Of a stretch of 64,000 nucleotides of DNA, positions 1 to 12,051 are shown piece after piece. Origin of the DNA: Convolutriloba macropyga (taxonomy: Eukaryota); contig NW_027452888.1 of NCBI RefSeq assembly GCF_964194025.1, positions 1 through 64,000 on the forward strand, read 5' to 3'. The notes under the pieces are model-generated. The model was not told the DNA's origin and searched no databases. It saw only the letters and a program-made list of their open reading frames with translations. The position numbers and the translations under genes were made by a program. Position 1 is the stretch's first letter; each line of letters starts with the position of its first letter.

Positions 1-2097
1 CGTACAAAACTTTTTGATATTTATACGAAAGATTTTTTCTATCATATATTGTTTCTATTTAATTAAACTTGGGAACAACCATAATTATATATTTGAGACA
101 GAGTTGAGGACCAGTTTGTCATTCATATGTTTGTTAACAGTGTATTAGTCCAAAGAGGGGCAAAAATTTTTAAAAAACAATTCGCAAAATATAAATTTTC
201 AAGGAGGTAGATGTAATGGTAAAAAATCCATCAGTTGCTACGTGAAAATTGGTGATTCCCAATGAGCTATAATTTTCATAATGATCGTCAAGCTTACGTT
301 ACTAAACTTGATCTTTCAGAGAATCCAATAGTTCTTTTAGTTGAAGACAGAAGAGCAAACAAGGAAGCTCGTTAATGTGTGTTTGTACATGATGATCCAA
401 CCCGCGTCCATCTACATTTTTGACATAACTGTCAACCAAATGAAGAGATAATCCAAAACAGACCTTTGAGTTTAAGAAAATCGTTACACAAACTACTAAA
501 AGAATTACATTATGCCATGCCTCATTACACCGCTCGCAAGATCTCACACCCTTAATAGGACTACGGTAGAAAAAAAAACAATTAACAAATATGCAAAAAG
601 AAAAAAACATTGACAGCAAAGTTCAACATCTAAACTTAAAAACACCTATTATGAACGTCAAAAAACTATCCAAAGAAACCTTTCTTAGCTACACAAATTT
701 GTTTTTTTTTCGTTACTACAAAGCAGATTGGACTTTGTATTAATGAGACTAGGAGACAAATTGACAAAAAGAAGCAAAAATGAGACAAAATTCAAAATTC
801 AACCAATAATTTTTAAACCAAATATTTACAAACATTCTGAAAAAACATTTGCTTTTAATAAAAAAAATTATGACGAAATTACGATTGAATCCGATTTTGG
901 TTACACTAAGCCACTAAGACAGAAACGGGCTAAAGATGAAGAAAATTTGAAAAAAATTACAAACATTTTGCGAAACCAAAAATTTTTGAAGCCATTAAAA
1001 TTTTTCGCTGTTATCTAAATATTATGTCTATTATTCCAAAGGTCAATAAAACTATTTTATCTACAACTATGCTGAAAATATAAGTATATTCACTATTTGC
1101 GACTACAGCCCTTAACGACTACATAAAGAATAAAAACAGGCAAAAACCGCAAATCGGGAAAAATGGGGAAAAAGTGTCGAAGCCATTAAATATGAACTAT
1201 TCATAACAAACACTTTATCAAAATCAAATACATTTTTAACAACAATGGATTATGATCTATTTAAAGTCTTTTCTATGCCAATGGGAATTGGCAATGATAG
1301 GATAATATGATTAAATTTCAAAAGGATACAAATTTATGAAAAAAAATGAAAAAAAATAAAAAAAAATTACGAAAAGTTGTGGCCTCCAAGTCATGAAGAC
1401 AATAGTTAAAAGATAACACCGCTAAACAAGTTAATTTTGGTTGCAGCAGAAAAAGGTTGTCTTGCCGTTAGTGAGATTGACTTGCAGTTCGTAGAAACAA
1501 AATTAAGATCGGTTAAATTTCAATTTGTTTTTTCCAGAAATTATAGTCTTAACAGCCATTAGCTGTCCCCTCAAATTACTACATTGGTTCACTTTCTGCT
1601 CTTTAGGAATCGTATTGCACTTTTAGTCAACGAATCTAACTCATAGGACTGCAAAACTTTATTAAAATCGCAAAGAGAAGATCAAAATTTCTAAAAAAAA
1701 AAATACAAAAACTCAGAATCGTAGCCATAAAAAATATGAGCAATTCTTTAAAAAGGAACAATTTGTTTATTGGGCATAATATGACTGTAAATGAGGTTTC
1801 TTAGGAACAGAATCTGGATTTGAAAAGTGAGTAGTCTCTAAAAGATCGGAAAATAAATGAAAACAAAATGAAATGGTTTTTAAATTATCAGCTCTGAAAT
1901 CGAATTTTTTTCATTGTTAATTTTCCCTATTAGACGAAAACTAACTTTTTAATGGCATTTTGTCTGTTAAAAACCCACAATTGCTTCGTTTGTATTATAA
2001 AATGTAATTTTGAATTGGTATTTTTTATAGAAAAAATTTGAATATGAACAAAAGTGAATAAAATCCTGCCAATTATCATGTGCTCACACAAAATTGT

Positions 2098-2287
2098 AAA
2101 CCTCGATAACTCCTCAAAAAACACGAAATTCAAAAAATCTGTTTAATTCCGAATTCTACGCTGGACGCGTTTTTAATGATACCACTCACATTTCTCTACG
2201 ATGAATATATCGCTCGGTCAAAATTGTCTGAACAAAAAAACCCATTTTAGTATATAGTTCACTCCCCCGCAAGTGGGGTCGGAACAA
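2098..2287. mobile_element. Terminal block of a Helentron/HINE-like non-autonomous element (the element extends leftward)
   Basis: 2098-2256 is clearly homologous to 36516-36678. It ends in GGGGTCGGAAC (2275-2285), the inverted complement of GTTCCGACCCC at 34118-34128. Confidence 0.55.
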
Positions 2288-2534
2288 TAATTGCATCGCG
2301 GCCAAAAAAATTAAAACAAATTTAAGCAAATAGCAGTTTCTGAATCTCACGTGGCTTCCTATAAACTTTACAACGCCAAAAAAGTACAGCGACGATTAAA
2401 ATAAAATTTTAACTGATTATTTTAAGATTCTAATTCACCCTACACTGAGAACTGCGTAAGAAGATATCCGTAGACTCCGATCTGACAGACCAGCTTTAGT
2501 AGCGAATCTTGGGTCCAGAACCAATTTGGTTTTA

Positions 2535-2708
2535 GACTTAGGGTTCCGGTGCGACACTACTGTTGGTTGGCAAGTCTGTCACCCATGTCTACCACCCTAC
2601 TGGTTCTGGCATAACAGGACCAGGGAGATCGCGGACAGGGGGGGGGGGGGGGGGGGGGGGGTGACAGACTTACCAGCTCACATTAGTGTTGCGCCAGAAC
2701 CCTAAATC
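2535..2708. mobile_element. Small foldback/MITE-like element
   Basis: Imperfect ~50-bp inverted arms: gacttagggttccggtgcgacacta...aagtctgtcaccc and gggtgacagactt...tagtgttgcgccagaaccctaaatc. Confidence 0.55.
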
Positions 2709-3064
2709 CGCATCAAAACTGAATGTTATTATGGACGATTTTGATGTGGAACATTCGAAGTGTGCGACTCAAGTGAGCTTGATGCGCGTGATCGCCTATT
2801 TGAGAAGTCAAATTATGAAAAAGACTATGGTTAAACAATAAATTACTATAAAATGATCACGGCTCGGCCAAAATTGCTGTTAACTATACCGTGGATAGGC
2901 TATAAAAGTTCTTTTTGTTGGTCGATGTTGGTGTCTTAAACCATGGAATTGACTTATGGAAATCCCCCTCTCCTAAAATTGATAAATTCTTTTCATAAAT
3001 GCAAACCCTAAGCCTGGCCTTGGTTTCCAGACCTCAGTTTTGCATGTTTTCCTGCTTTTTCTAG

Positions 3065-3267
3065 GAAGAACATTCGGAAGACGACGATGAAGGTCTGGTC
3101 CTGATAAGTTTTATGCCCTCACTTCCCCTGTCAATACCCAAAAGAGAGGGAAACGGCAGTCTGGGGGCTTTGAAGTTGGTCGGGTCTTGGATCATGTTCC
3201 TTCTGGCATTTCCCTGGTCCCTTGTGTTTGCATGGACTGTTCCAAATTGTTCCAAAGACCACCTCAA
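3065..3267 (+). CDS. K+-dependent Na+/Ca2+ exchanger (NCKX/SLC24 family), internal exon; upstream exons not identified in this window
   Basis: Boundaries ttttctag|GAA ... CTCAA|gtaagt. Encodes EEHSEDDDE...WIMFLLAFPWSLVFAWTVPNCSKDHL, the acidic loop end and TxPxC segment typical of NCKX. Phase 2 joins exon 5720 in frame. Confidence 0.8.
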
Positions 3268-5719
3268 GTAAGTTAACATCGTATCACCGTGCCTCGGGTC
3301 GATCATTCACCCGAAAAAATGATGTGAGATTTGCTGTGGTTAAAATGAAGTGAAAATGAATATTTTTCACCGCAAATGAACTGAAACTGAATAATTTTCA
3401 CCGCTCAGCTCCCGCATTTTTAGCTACGAATATCGTAAAAATGAAGACTCTTACTTTTTTTAAGAGCTGGGGTGAATATAGCGGTGAAATTTAGTTTTTG
3501 ACCGAATTCAACCCAAATACGACCGAATGAACGCATTCACCGCAGCCTCCATACTCCTTCTCATACATTGCAATTGCTATTGCTTTCTCTCCCCCCCCCC
3601 CCCCCCCCCATTTGCACTAAATATTTTTATTGTGTTCTCCGATTTCAAATATTTATTGTGTAATTAAATTTGATCAAGGTGTCTATGCGAAAAATAAGAG
3701 TTAATTCAGGTAAACATTTGACTAGAGTATTCAATTCTATTGATAACTTGTCAAGCCTGGTGATTCACTTGTGCTTACTTTAAAAGACTTTCTTTGGACT
3801 CTAAAAATTATTAATAGCATGCAGATTTTATATAGGATTACAAAAAAAACAATTCATATAGAAACCTTTGATATACGGCTTGCATCAAGCTTGCTTCCCC
3901 ATATTAGTGGATAAATCAATTTGCACTGCAAGTAGCTCAACTGTCTATCCGAATAATCAGTCCAAAAACAATAGCATCACTTCAATCTCACATCCTGAGG
4001 AATGCGAGGCTTTGAAAAATGCAAGCCGTTCCATCGTAAAAGCAGTAAATTATTAAAATTTACTGTTAACACTGTTGGGAAAAACTCTTGCTATATATGA
4101 TTTATTTTTTGGGTGGAACCTCGTAAGCAGATTTTTCATAGTCATTCAACACATGGTCGAACTCTTCTTCGTTCGAAGTTTTGCAATTCTTGGAGTTAAT
4201 CTCAAAAGCACAATGTTTTGCTAAATTTTGAATCTCGAATTTCATCTCTATTATAGTGAACTAGTCCACGTTAGCTGACAATCAAATATCTTTTTTATCA
4301 CACGACAGTTTTATTTGAGCTACATTGAAAATGGTCTCAATTATATAAATGGTTAAAATCGTTAATGAAAGTAATAGCCTGAAATTTGACCACAAATCTG
4401 ATCGCTATCCTGTCAATATCTGTCTTATGCATACTTTTCTGCATATTAAAGACAGTTAAAAGACAGATAAAAACAGTTTCAATAACTTGAATTTACAAAA
4501 ATTTTCGTCAGCTATTTTCTGCATAATTCTTTATCAAACGTCTTAGAGTTTGATCACTATGGTAAAAATTCTAAAACAGCTGGTAAAAATTTGGTAACGA
4601 AATTCTTAATAAAATTTTGCAGCTTTAGTCGCATTTATCAAAGCTATTTTTGAAATCCGACTTCTGAAGAAATCAATTAAATAATCGAAAGCTTTTAATC
4701 TTTTAAGCCAGACATTCACAAAGTTTACACACAAAATTTTGTATTTAAATATAGTGCGGGTATGTCGGGAAAGGAACCGAAGTCTCAATAAAAGTGGTCC
4801 GGTCGTCAGGCTCAATAAGTTTTGTTTTGAAAACATAAAGTTCCCAATTTATTCAGTCTAATTATCAGAACAGCAATTAGTTTCAACTGAAATCAAAATT
4901 TTGATCAAAAAGATCAAGAAAAAATGAAAACCTCTAGAATGTTGTCCCTTTATGTAAAGGTTACTCACTGATTATCACTTTAGTTTCCATTCATAACCGC
5001 TAAATTTCTTAATACGAAAATCCTTCTATTCAATTGCTCTGAAACAAAACTTGTAACAGCAATTATACTACTGTTGTTTGTCTTCATTTTCTAAGCGAAA
5101 TTTCGTGACACAACCCTTTTGTCTGATAGTTCTCAAAAATGGCATAAACATGTAAAAACCGGAGGGATTAAGTTGATGAGCAGCACTTTTAGAGGATCTC
5201 TAAGTGTACAACTCACTGAAGCTGATGAGAAAACAAAATCATGATGTTAAGTGCAGTTTTGGCGATTTTGACTCTCGTCCTCAACCCCTTCCACCTTCTC
5301 CTTCCCTCTTCAGACCCGATTTCTCCCCAGCCCCCTTAATGTACTCCCTAATGATAGCCTTCTTCAGCCCAATCTGGCTACTAACGAAGCCAACAGCTCA
5401 CCGGTCATTTGAGAGCAAATTGCTAGACATTAGTTCGTTATGTTTATAATATTTGTTTGTGACTGAAGTTGTCATCAGATTTCATACATATTTTGTAAAA
5501 ACGACTCCGTTTTTTTTGAGATCATTTTTGAAGATGCATGACCTTGAATGTTTCTAGCTTCTAAGATCTGTCGGAATTTTTTCAGAACTGACACGATAGA
5601 AGTTTCTGAATTATTAGGGATGTCATGAAACTGAAGTTTGGAGTTTTACTTTAACGTTAACTTGTAGCATTTAAAGTTATTTTGCTGGTTGTTTGTTTAT
5701 TTGTTGTTGTGTTGTTTAG

Positions 5720-5873
5720 GAAGTACTTCATAGTCTCGTTTGTGATGAGTGTAGTGTGGATTGCAGTGTGCAGTTTTGCAATGGTTTTCATGGTCGGCAG
5801 GGCAGGCTGTTCTATGACCATCGACAGTTTCGTCATGGGATTGATACTAGTCGCCATCGGAACCAGCGTACCT
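5720..5873 (+). CDS. NCKX/SLC24 exchanger, internal exon (start of alpha-2 repeat)
   Basis: gtttag|G AAG TAC ... GTA CCT|gtaagg. Encodes KYFIVSFVMSVVWIAVCSFAMVFMV...MGLILVAIGTSVP. Confidence 0.9.
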
Positions 5874-6262
5874 GTAAGGCCAACATCCTTTGTCAATCAT
5901 TCCAACCTCCCCAGATCAGACTTTAGACAGGCCTTGAACATGGAGCAAGGCGCACTTTAAAAAAAAATAAAGTATCACCCCCACCGCCCCAAAAAAATTG
6001 CCCCCATTGCCCCGACTCTTGCATCGAATTACCCCCCATTCCCCCCCCCCAAATGATGTAAAAGTTCTGAGGGGAATAGGCTAAAAATTCCCCCGATTAC
6101 CTCCCTAAGCTTACATCTTTTTGAGGTAAAAATTTGAAAACGGTTATAACCCCTCCTCGACACCCCCCACTCCCCGGCCCCTCAACCCCCGTTTTTGATT
6201 GTCGCACCATTAGCGAGCACTTCAACATCCTGGATAGGAAAATTATTGTTTGTTTTTGGCAG

Positions 6263-6436
6263 GATGCTCTCAGTTCAGTGATAGTGGCGAGAGATGGCTT
6301 CGGAGACATGGCAGTATCCAATGCTATCGGGAGCAACGTGTTCGACATCAACCTCGGAATCGGACTGCCTTCTGTCATCCGAATCCTGGCAGACAAGGGA
6401 GCCACGATATTCCTCATCGAGGAAGAACATTTACAC
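6263..6436 (+). CDS. NCKX/SLC24 exchanger, internal exon (alpha-2 repeat)
   Basis: ttggcag|GAT ... CAC|gtgagt. Encodes DALSSVIVARDGFGDMAVSNAIGSNVFDINLGIGLP, completing the GTSVPD...GDMAVSN..GSNVFDI signature. Confidence 0.92.
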
Positions 6437-6959
6437 GTGAGTCATCTGCTTCCAACGCCTTTTAAGGTGTTTGTTAAAGTTGCAAGGATTGATCATATCA
6501 TCACAAGTTTCAATGGTACCAAATTTAGAGTTAGTTAACTGAGTTTTGGCGCTGTTTTCCAGTTATTATATTATTACTTTGTGAAAGTGGACGCTATTTA
6601 CTTATACTGGGTCTAGGAAAAAACATGGAAAAACCCACCTAATTTTAGATAGGAAAATCTCCACAGAAAAAAAACGTCTAATTATAGATAGGAGATAAAA
6701 CCATAAAACCCCATGGAACTAAACCCCCATTTAAAATTGAAATTCGGCCGTGAAAATTTATTCGGTCGTGATAGTTTCATATCAAGTCCCATGGCTACCA
6801 GAACATGGCCATGGCACGGGTGGCATGGCCAAGCTCTAATTGTGCAGCTCTTTTATGGTCAAGTGAGGGTGGCGGGTATTTCCGTGGGTTTTTTTCCTAA
6901 ACCGATTTTTGAAAGTAACTTTTATGTGAAAATAAGTTCCCAGGTCTCCAATCATAAAG

Positions 6960-7775
6960 CTTTCTTTGATTTCATACATGATTCCTAGTAATCGTATTAG
7001 GTCATATATGATTCTGACTAGTCATACTAGGTCTTATATAATTTTTAGTCATCATACTAGGTCATATATGATCTTTGGTAATCGTATTATGTCATATATG
7101 ATTTGTATGATTTCTTAGTAGTCATACAAACACCATATATGATTTCTTGGAAATCATACATATTTCACGCAAAAAATTTGAAAGCCGGAAAAATGTGTAA
7201 CTTTCATTTTGGTGGAAATTTACAAAAATTCCTGGAATTCGCACAAGGTCATATATGAAACATAAAATATTGACTGATGTCAAAATGTCCCATATAATGT
7301 AGTCAGAGGGCATTTAAAATTACTATATTGTATTTGGGTGTACTAAAACTGTCACTTTGCAATTAAAACGTATTTTTTTTTTCAAAAAATGGAACTTGTT
7401 TGCAGAAGAATTTGCATATTCCTAATGAATGAGCATTTATAAGTATAAACTGGCTTCCGATAATATGAAAAGTTTTGTCATAAAAGTATACTTGTTTTTT
7501 CATTAAGCACTGAAGTTTGAGATAAGTATTACGCTGCAGGTTCGCTTGGCGGATGACAAAATGATACCGGAAAATCACAAAAGCGATGCTTTATCGATAA
7601 AATAGATTAAAAATTCAATTCAAGGAAAAAAAGATGTATGATTCATGCTAATCATACTAGGACCGTATATGTTTTCTTTGAAATCATACAAGGATAATAT
7701 ATGATTTCTTTGGTTTCATACTAAGATCGTACCAAGCAATCGTGTATGGTCACCATAAAATCATATATGATCTTG
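6960..7775. repeat. Two clusters of ~30-bp degenerate repeats (core catactaggtcatatatgat) in an NCKX intron, probably from a MITE
   Basis: Recurrent gtcatatatgat/catactagg units at ~6960-7160 and ~7635-7775. Confidence 0.55.
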
Positions 7776-8633
7776 GTATTAAACTGAAGAAACATCAACC
7801 CGTGCTTATTTTGGCACCTGTAATCATGCAAGTCCCATGTCTACAGTTATTTTTATTGTTCATTTCTATAGATATTTTCTTAGGCGTTTTGACTGCAATT
7901 TGAGCGTTAATCTAATTTGCCCCGTTAGTTTTAGAGAAAAATTTGTTGATAACACCGCCAATGAACGACCAAAAACTGAGTCTTTATAGGACGCTGCTTC
8001 AGGTTTGATGACTTCTGTTATTTTTTGAGCCAATAAATGGTCTGGGTGCTGAGTCATAATAAAGTAAAGCACAAAAACAAATTAAAATTGAATATCTGAA
8101 AGCCAGCCAAGCTAAAGTCCCGCTAAGGGGAGTATTGACTCTAATCCAGAGGAACACATCTTTTTATAGCCAAATCTTCGCCACTCATTCAATTGATAAT
8201 TTAGTGTGTAAACTTTTTTTGCCGGTCAAAATGTGGATTAATTAAAAAGAAATTTGGAGAACTTATCGCCAGTTGTTGTAATGATGTAGCAAGCTTGGCT
8301 CGCAAGTTAACAGAGAACGGTTCCAATAAAGCTCTAATAATGTTTTAAATAGACCCCGGCCGCTTAGATCCCGTCAGCTGAGACCCGTAGACTCCAACCG
8401 GTTAGACCCCTAGACCCCGGCCGCTTAGAATAATAATGTTAAATTTCACCAGTATTTCATCTGAGTTTGAACTATATAGGAGATTTTTTCAGGCATTTAT
8501 GCAAAAATTCATAATCTACGTTTTTTTCCCTGTAAACGTAATCAAAATAATGTTTTGGAGGCGTTTCAACCGCAAAACTAGGGCTGCAAGAACATCAGAG
8601 ATTACTATGAGCTGCCTAGAATTGTTGTTTCAG

Positions 8634-8849
8634 GAAATGCAAGACAAATACCCCAACAATCCTTTCATACCTCACGTCAAATTTGGATTCCTTCTTTTCT
8701 TCGTCCTCTTAATCTGCCTCACAATCTTCGGCATCGTCAGATTTCGGCTAAGCAGGGTTGTCGGCATCAGTTTCTGCTCCATGTATGTTGTGTTCATCAT
8801 ATATGCAATTGTGCAGGAGTTTGCATGTGACGAGGGCTTCGGTTGCTAG
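8634..8849 (+). CDS. NCKX/SLC24 exchanger, terminal coding exon (last two TM helices)
   Basis: gtttcag|GAA in phase 0, two hydrophobic helices, TAG stop, and AATAAA at 8928-8933. Confidence 0.82.
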   Translation, partial: EMQDKYPNNPFIPHVKFGFLLFFVLLICLTIFGIVRFRLSRVVGISFCSMYVVFIIYAIVQEFACDEGFGC

Positions 8850-10149
8850 GCAACCAGTACTTTTAAATTCAGTCATAAGGGTTCTAGAACAGTTTCCTCC
8901 CCCCTAGAGACTTATTGGGTACCATTTAATAAAATTTTCTTTAATTATAGCCCCCCCCCCCCCCACACACACACAAAGCTCAGTGGTCATATAACCTAAA
9001 ACCATAATGGGGGTTATATTTTCGTGGGGGTGGGGGGGGGGGACCAAGAAAACCATAAAGGAAAAACCCAAGAAAATTGTGTCAATCGATTTCTGTCAGT
9101 CAATGGGCGGCGTGAAAATATCAAATTTGAAAGATCATAGTCTATAGCACTCGTCGGAGGAAGCTGTTCTAATATTTTTTTTTTGGACTGGAGAACTGCC
9201 AAAATTTTTTAGTCTCTTCAAAACACACACTTATGAAGCCTGTACATATATAGCATTGTGACAATGTGTAAATAGTTTAACTCTTTGTATTATGATGATA
9301 ACTGTTGAGAACTGTCTTGAATTGAAACTGCCTAACATCAATTGATATTTCCGATATAATAGCTCCCCCCCCCCCAAAAAAAAAACTTAGTGGGCATTTA
9401 ACTTTTACTTCCTCCAAGTGTATGGCCTAGATTTTAGACAGAAACGTGCTTTATAACATCATATAAATGGCAATTGAGACAGCCCGGAGCTAACGCCGAG
9501 TCAATTTCAGTGCTTGCGGAAGTCTAATTTCAAGTGTGATTTCGTTACTGGTTCAGAATTATGATGAGGTCAATTTTTATACTTGTGCAGATTAAATCCA
9601 AGTCTGGTTTAACACTTGGTCAGTCATTCTGGACCCAAGTCTGATTTAAAACTTGGCAAATCTAAACCCAAGACTTGGAAATTCTAAATTCAAGTCTTGG
9701 CAAGTCCAAAACAGGTCCAAAACGACAAAAAAATTAGGCCTGGAGAACGCTAAAAATAGCCAAAAAATAGTCGCCAAAACTCCAGACACAATCGCAAGAT
9801 CTGAAATATGCTTCAAATTGAGTTCATATTTGTAAAAATTCGGGATCAAAACGCGCTGAAACGGCAGAATAACGACTGAAAACTTCCGAAATTACCTGAA
9901 ATGACCCACTGTGACCTTCCGGGATCCTAGCTTGATGCTTCCAGAGACTCTTCCATAATTGTCGCCCGTTCATCAGGAAAGCGCAATTTTTAAAACATCC
10001 GTTAGAAAGCAACGATGCTCGTCTTTTGGTTATTAGCTGTTGAGATGGGGGAACTTTAATTGTTGATAAAAACCAGAAAAGCTACACAAGTTTTTTTACT
10101 TATTCCAACCAAGAGTTTTTGCTTACGTCATCAAATTGCGGAGAACGAA

Positions 10150-10389
10150 AGTAGTAGTGAAAATGCCTGGTTTGTAACGGGGGGGGACCTGTCCCCCCCG
10201 TTACAATACAGGCATGGTCTTTTTTAGGTATCCTCTTAGAATTTCTCTGACTTAGAGTGGAATAAAACTTAGGTGTTTCATTTAGTTCTTCGAACAGTTT
10301 CATGCTTTGACTTGAAATTTGTTTTCCCCTTTCTAACCGGGAAAGTTGGTTGGTGTTTGTATAAACAATTTCTGCTTTCTTGTCTCAGC
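10150..10389 (+). repeat. Left terminal inverted repeat (240 bp)
   Basis: Reverse complement of 23188-23429. By eye it differs by one substitution (10374) and a G8 versus G10 homopolymer. Confidence 0.95.
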
Positions 10390-10608
10390 TTATCAAAGAT
10401 AAAAGTACAAGTGAATTTAATTAGCTTCAAGGCGTTAGTCCAAACTTTAGCTTCTAATCAATAACCGTTAGGAATAAAGGAAATACGGGCTAAATTTTGC
10501 CCGGCATATTATCAGCACACATACAAAACTTTTATTCCATAAATTTTACCAGTTCTGTTCACTAAATTACCAACATGCAAAAAGTTTAAAGCAAGTTTTT
10601 GATTGCTT

Positions 10609-11225
10609 TTAATTGGAGTCAGTACTAGATTCATATAAAATTGCACGCCGTGCACGCTTGTGAGGAACAACTGGGGTTTCCTCGTCGCTCTCTTCAGCTT
10701 CAAATAAAATGAATTCGTTATGACTGGGTGCGCGTGGTTCCTCGCTCACTTCACAGCTATTTTTTTCCAACTCACTTTCATTGTACCTGCGTTGAAGGAA
10801 ACCCCAATCTGTCTCCTTGAAACTGTTGTCTGACCTATCACCCAGCGTGCTTGAATTCAAACTTTGTATTTCCGGGCGTTCGTCGCCGTTACCAAGAGTA
10901 GTTTCTGCCCCTTCAGAATTGTTGGTGTTGTCCATATTTACGTCCCAGTTATCCAGAATTTCACGCATGAAAATGTCGTCTACAATTTTGTAGTGGCCAA
11001 AAGGTAAGCTTGTTATACCGTCGTCAAAAATAAAGCGTTTATCATCGTAGGCGGACAAACAAATTTTGATCGTGCGTACTGTAAAAATGTCATGTTTTTC
11101 TGACGCTATGCGGTAGTTCGGTGCACGTTCAGTTGATTGTTGCTCAAGGACTTTTTTGAAAGGCTGGTGATTGAATAAGCGTTGTGTGGAGAGGGATATG
11201 CCCTTCATGCTCTTTTTCTGGGTAT
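10609..11225 (-). CDS. polB: Protein-primed DNA polymerase B, last exon (thumb region plus acidic tail)
   Basis: Encodes (D)TQKKSMKGIS...KHDIFTV...LSAYDDKRFIFDDGITSLPFGHY, the typical Maverick pPolB C-terminus. Preceded by the acceptor tttgtttttctcatttag. Confidence 0.9.
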
Positions 11226-11405
11226 CTAAATGAGAAAAACAAACATTTATCGCCGTTTTTTACTGGAATTTTCTATGCCCTTTGGTTTTATATTAAAGAA
11301 TTTTGAGTTGTTTGCTTGGATTAAACATATCTAGAAGTCTCAGAAATTTAAAGAACATAATTGCAAAGTTTTTTTTGGATAAGTAAAACAACTGGAAAAA
11401 CATAC
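11226..11405 (-). other. 180-bp GT-AG spliceosomal intron inside pPolB (phase 1)
   Basis: GCAG|gtatgt ... ttctcatttag|ATACC. Splicing restores KSKMYSIITADTQKKSMKG in frame. Confidence 0.85.
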
Positions 11406-12051
11406 CTGCTGTGATTATGGAGTACATCTTGGATTTGATTCCAACAAATTCTGTCATTACTGATCCTGCCAGTTCATCTTTGAATTTGAGGACTTTCTTT
11501 TTATTGGTCGGGTTGTAGAGGCTTGATTCCTTTGGGTAGTTCGAAAAATCGAATTCTTTAGAGAGAGTGGGATTGTTTTTTAGGTCAGCGTAGAGGTCTT
11601 CTGTCATAATTGCATACGTCACGGAGTCTGTATCACTGTACAAAAGTTTGCAAGCAAAGTTTTCTTTCATTATTTTATAATGAAACCTGAACATAAACAT
11701 TTTGGAGAGATCCAGTATTGTGGCTCCAATGATCAACGGCTTTGACCAAGTGAACTCAGTGCGACGAAGAGTTACTGCAGCCAGATTCGGGTTAAAGATT
11801 TTGAACGACTTAAAGTTAAACTTTGAACTTTGTTCTAGCAGCTCTTTCTCAAATCTTACTAGCATGACGTTGGTACGTTTTCTCGGATTTTCACACATTT
11901 TCCCGTACACACTATTTATCATTAATTTGAAGAAATTCTCGTCAAATTTGTTTGTAGCCTGCTCACTCTTTCTGCTATTTAACTCTATATAGGGAGCTAA
12001 CCAAAATCCTTGCAAGAATCTGAGCACTCGGTGAACTTTAGTCACTTTCAT
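11406..12051 (-). pseudogene. polB: Protein-primed DNA polymerase B, fingers/palm exon; 5'-truncated (no terminal protein, exonuclease or motif A found)
   Basis: Motif B KLMINSVYGK, motif C YSDTDS, FKDE and KMYS are present. Coding character stops abruptly at 12051 next to a T-run. Confidence 0.9.

Noticed and set aside
302-2133. Short ORFs at 302-619, 728-1018 and 1930-2133
   Set aside because: Non-ATG starts, no motifs, and they lie in AT-rich repeat-derived sequence.
10100-10303. 67-aa ORF with a twin at 23274-23477
   Set aside because: The identity simply reflects the TIRs, and both run out of the element into unrelated flanks.
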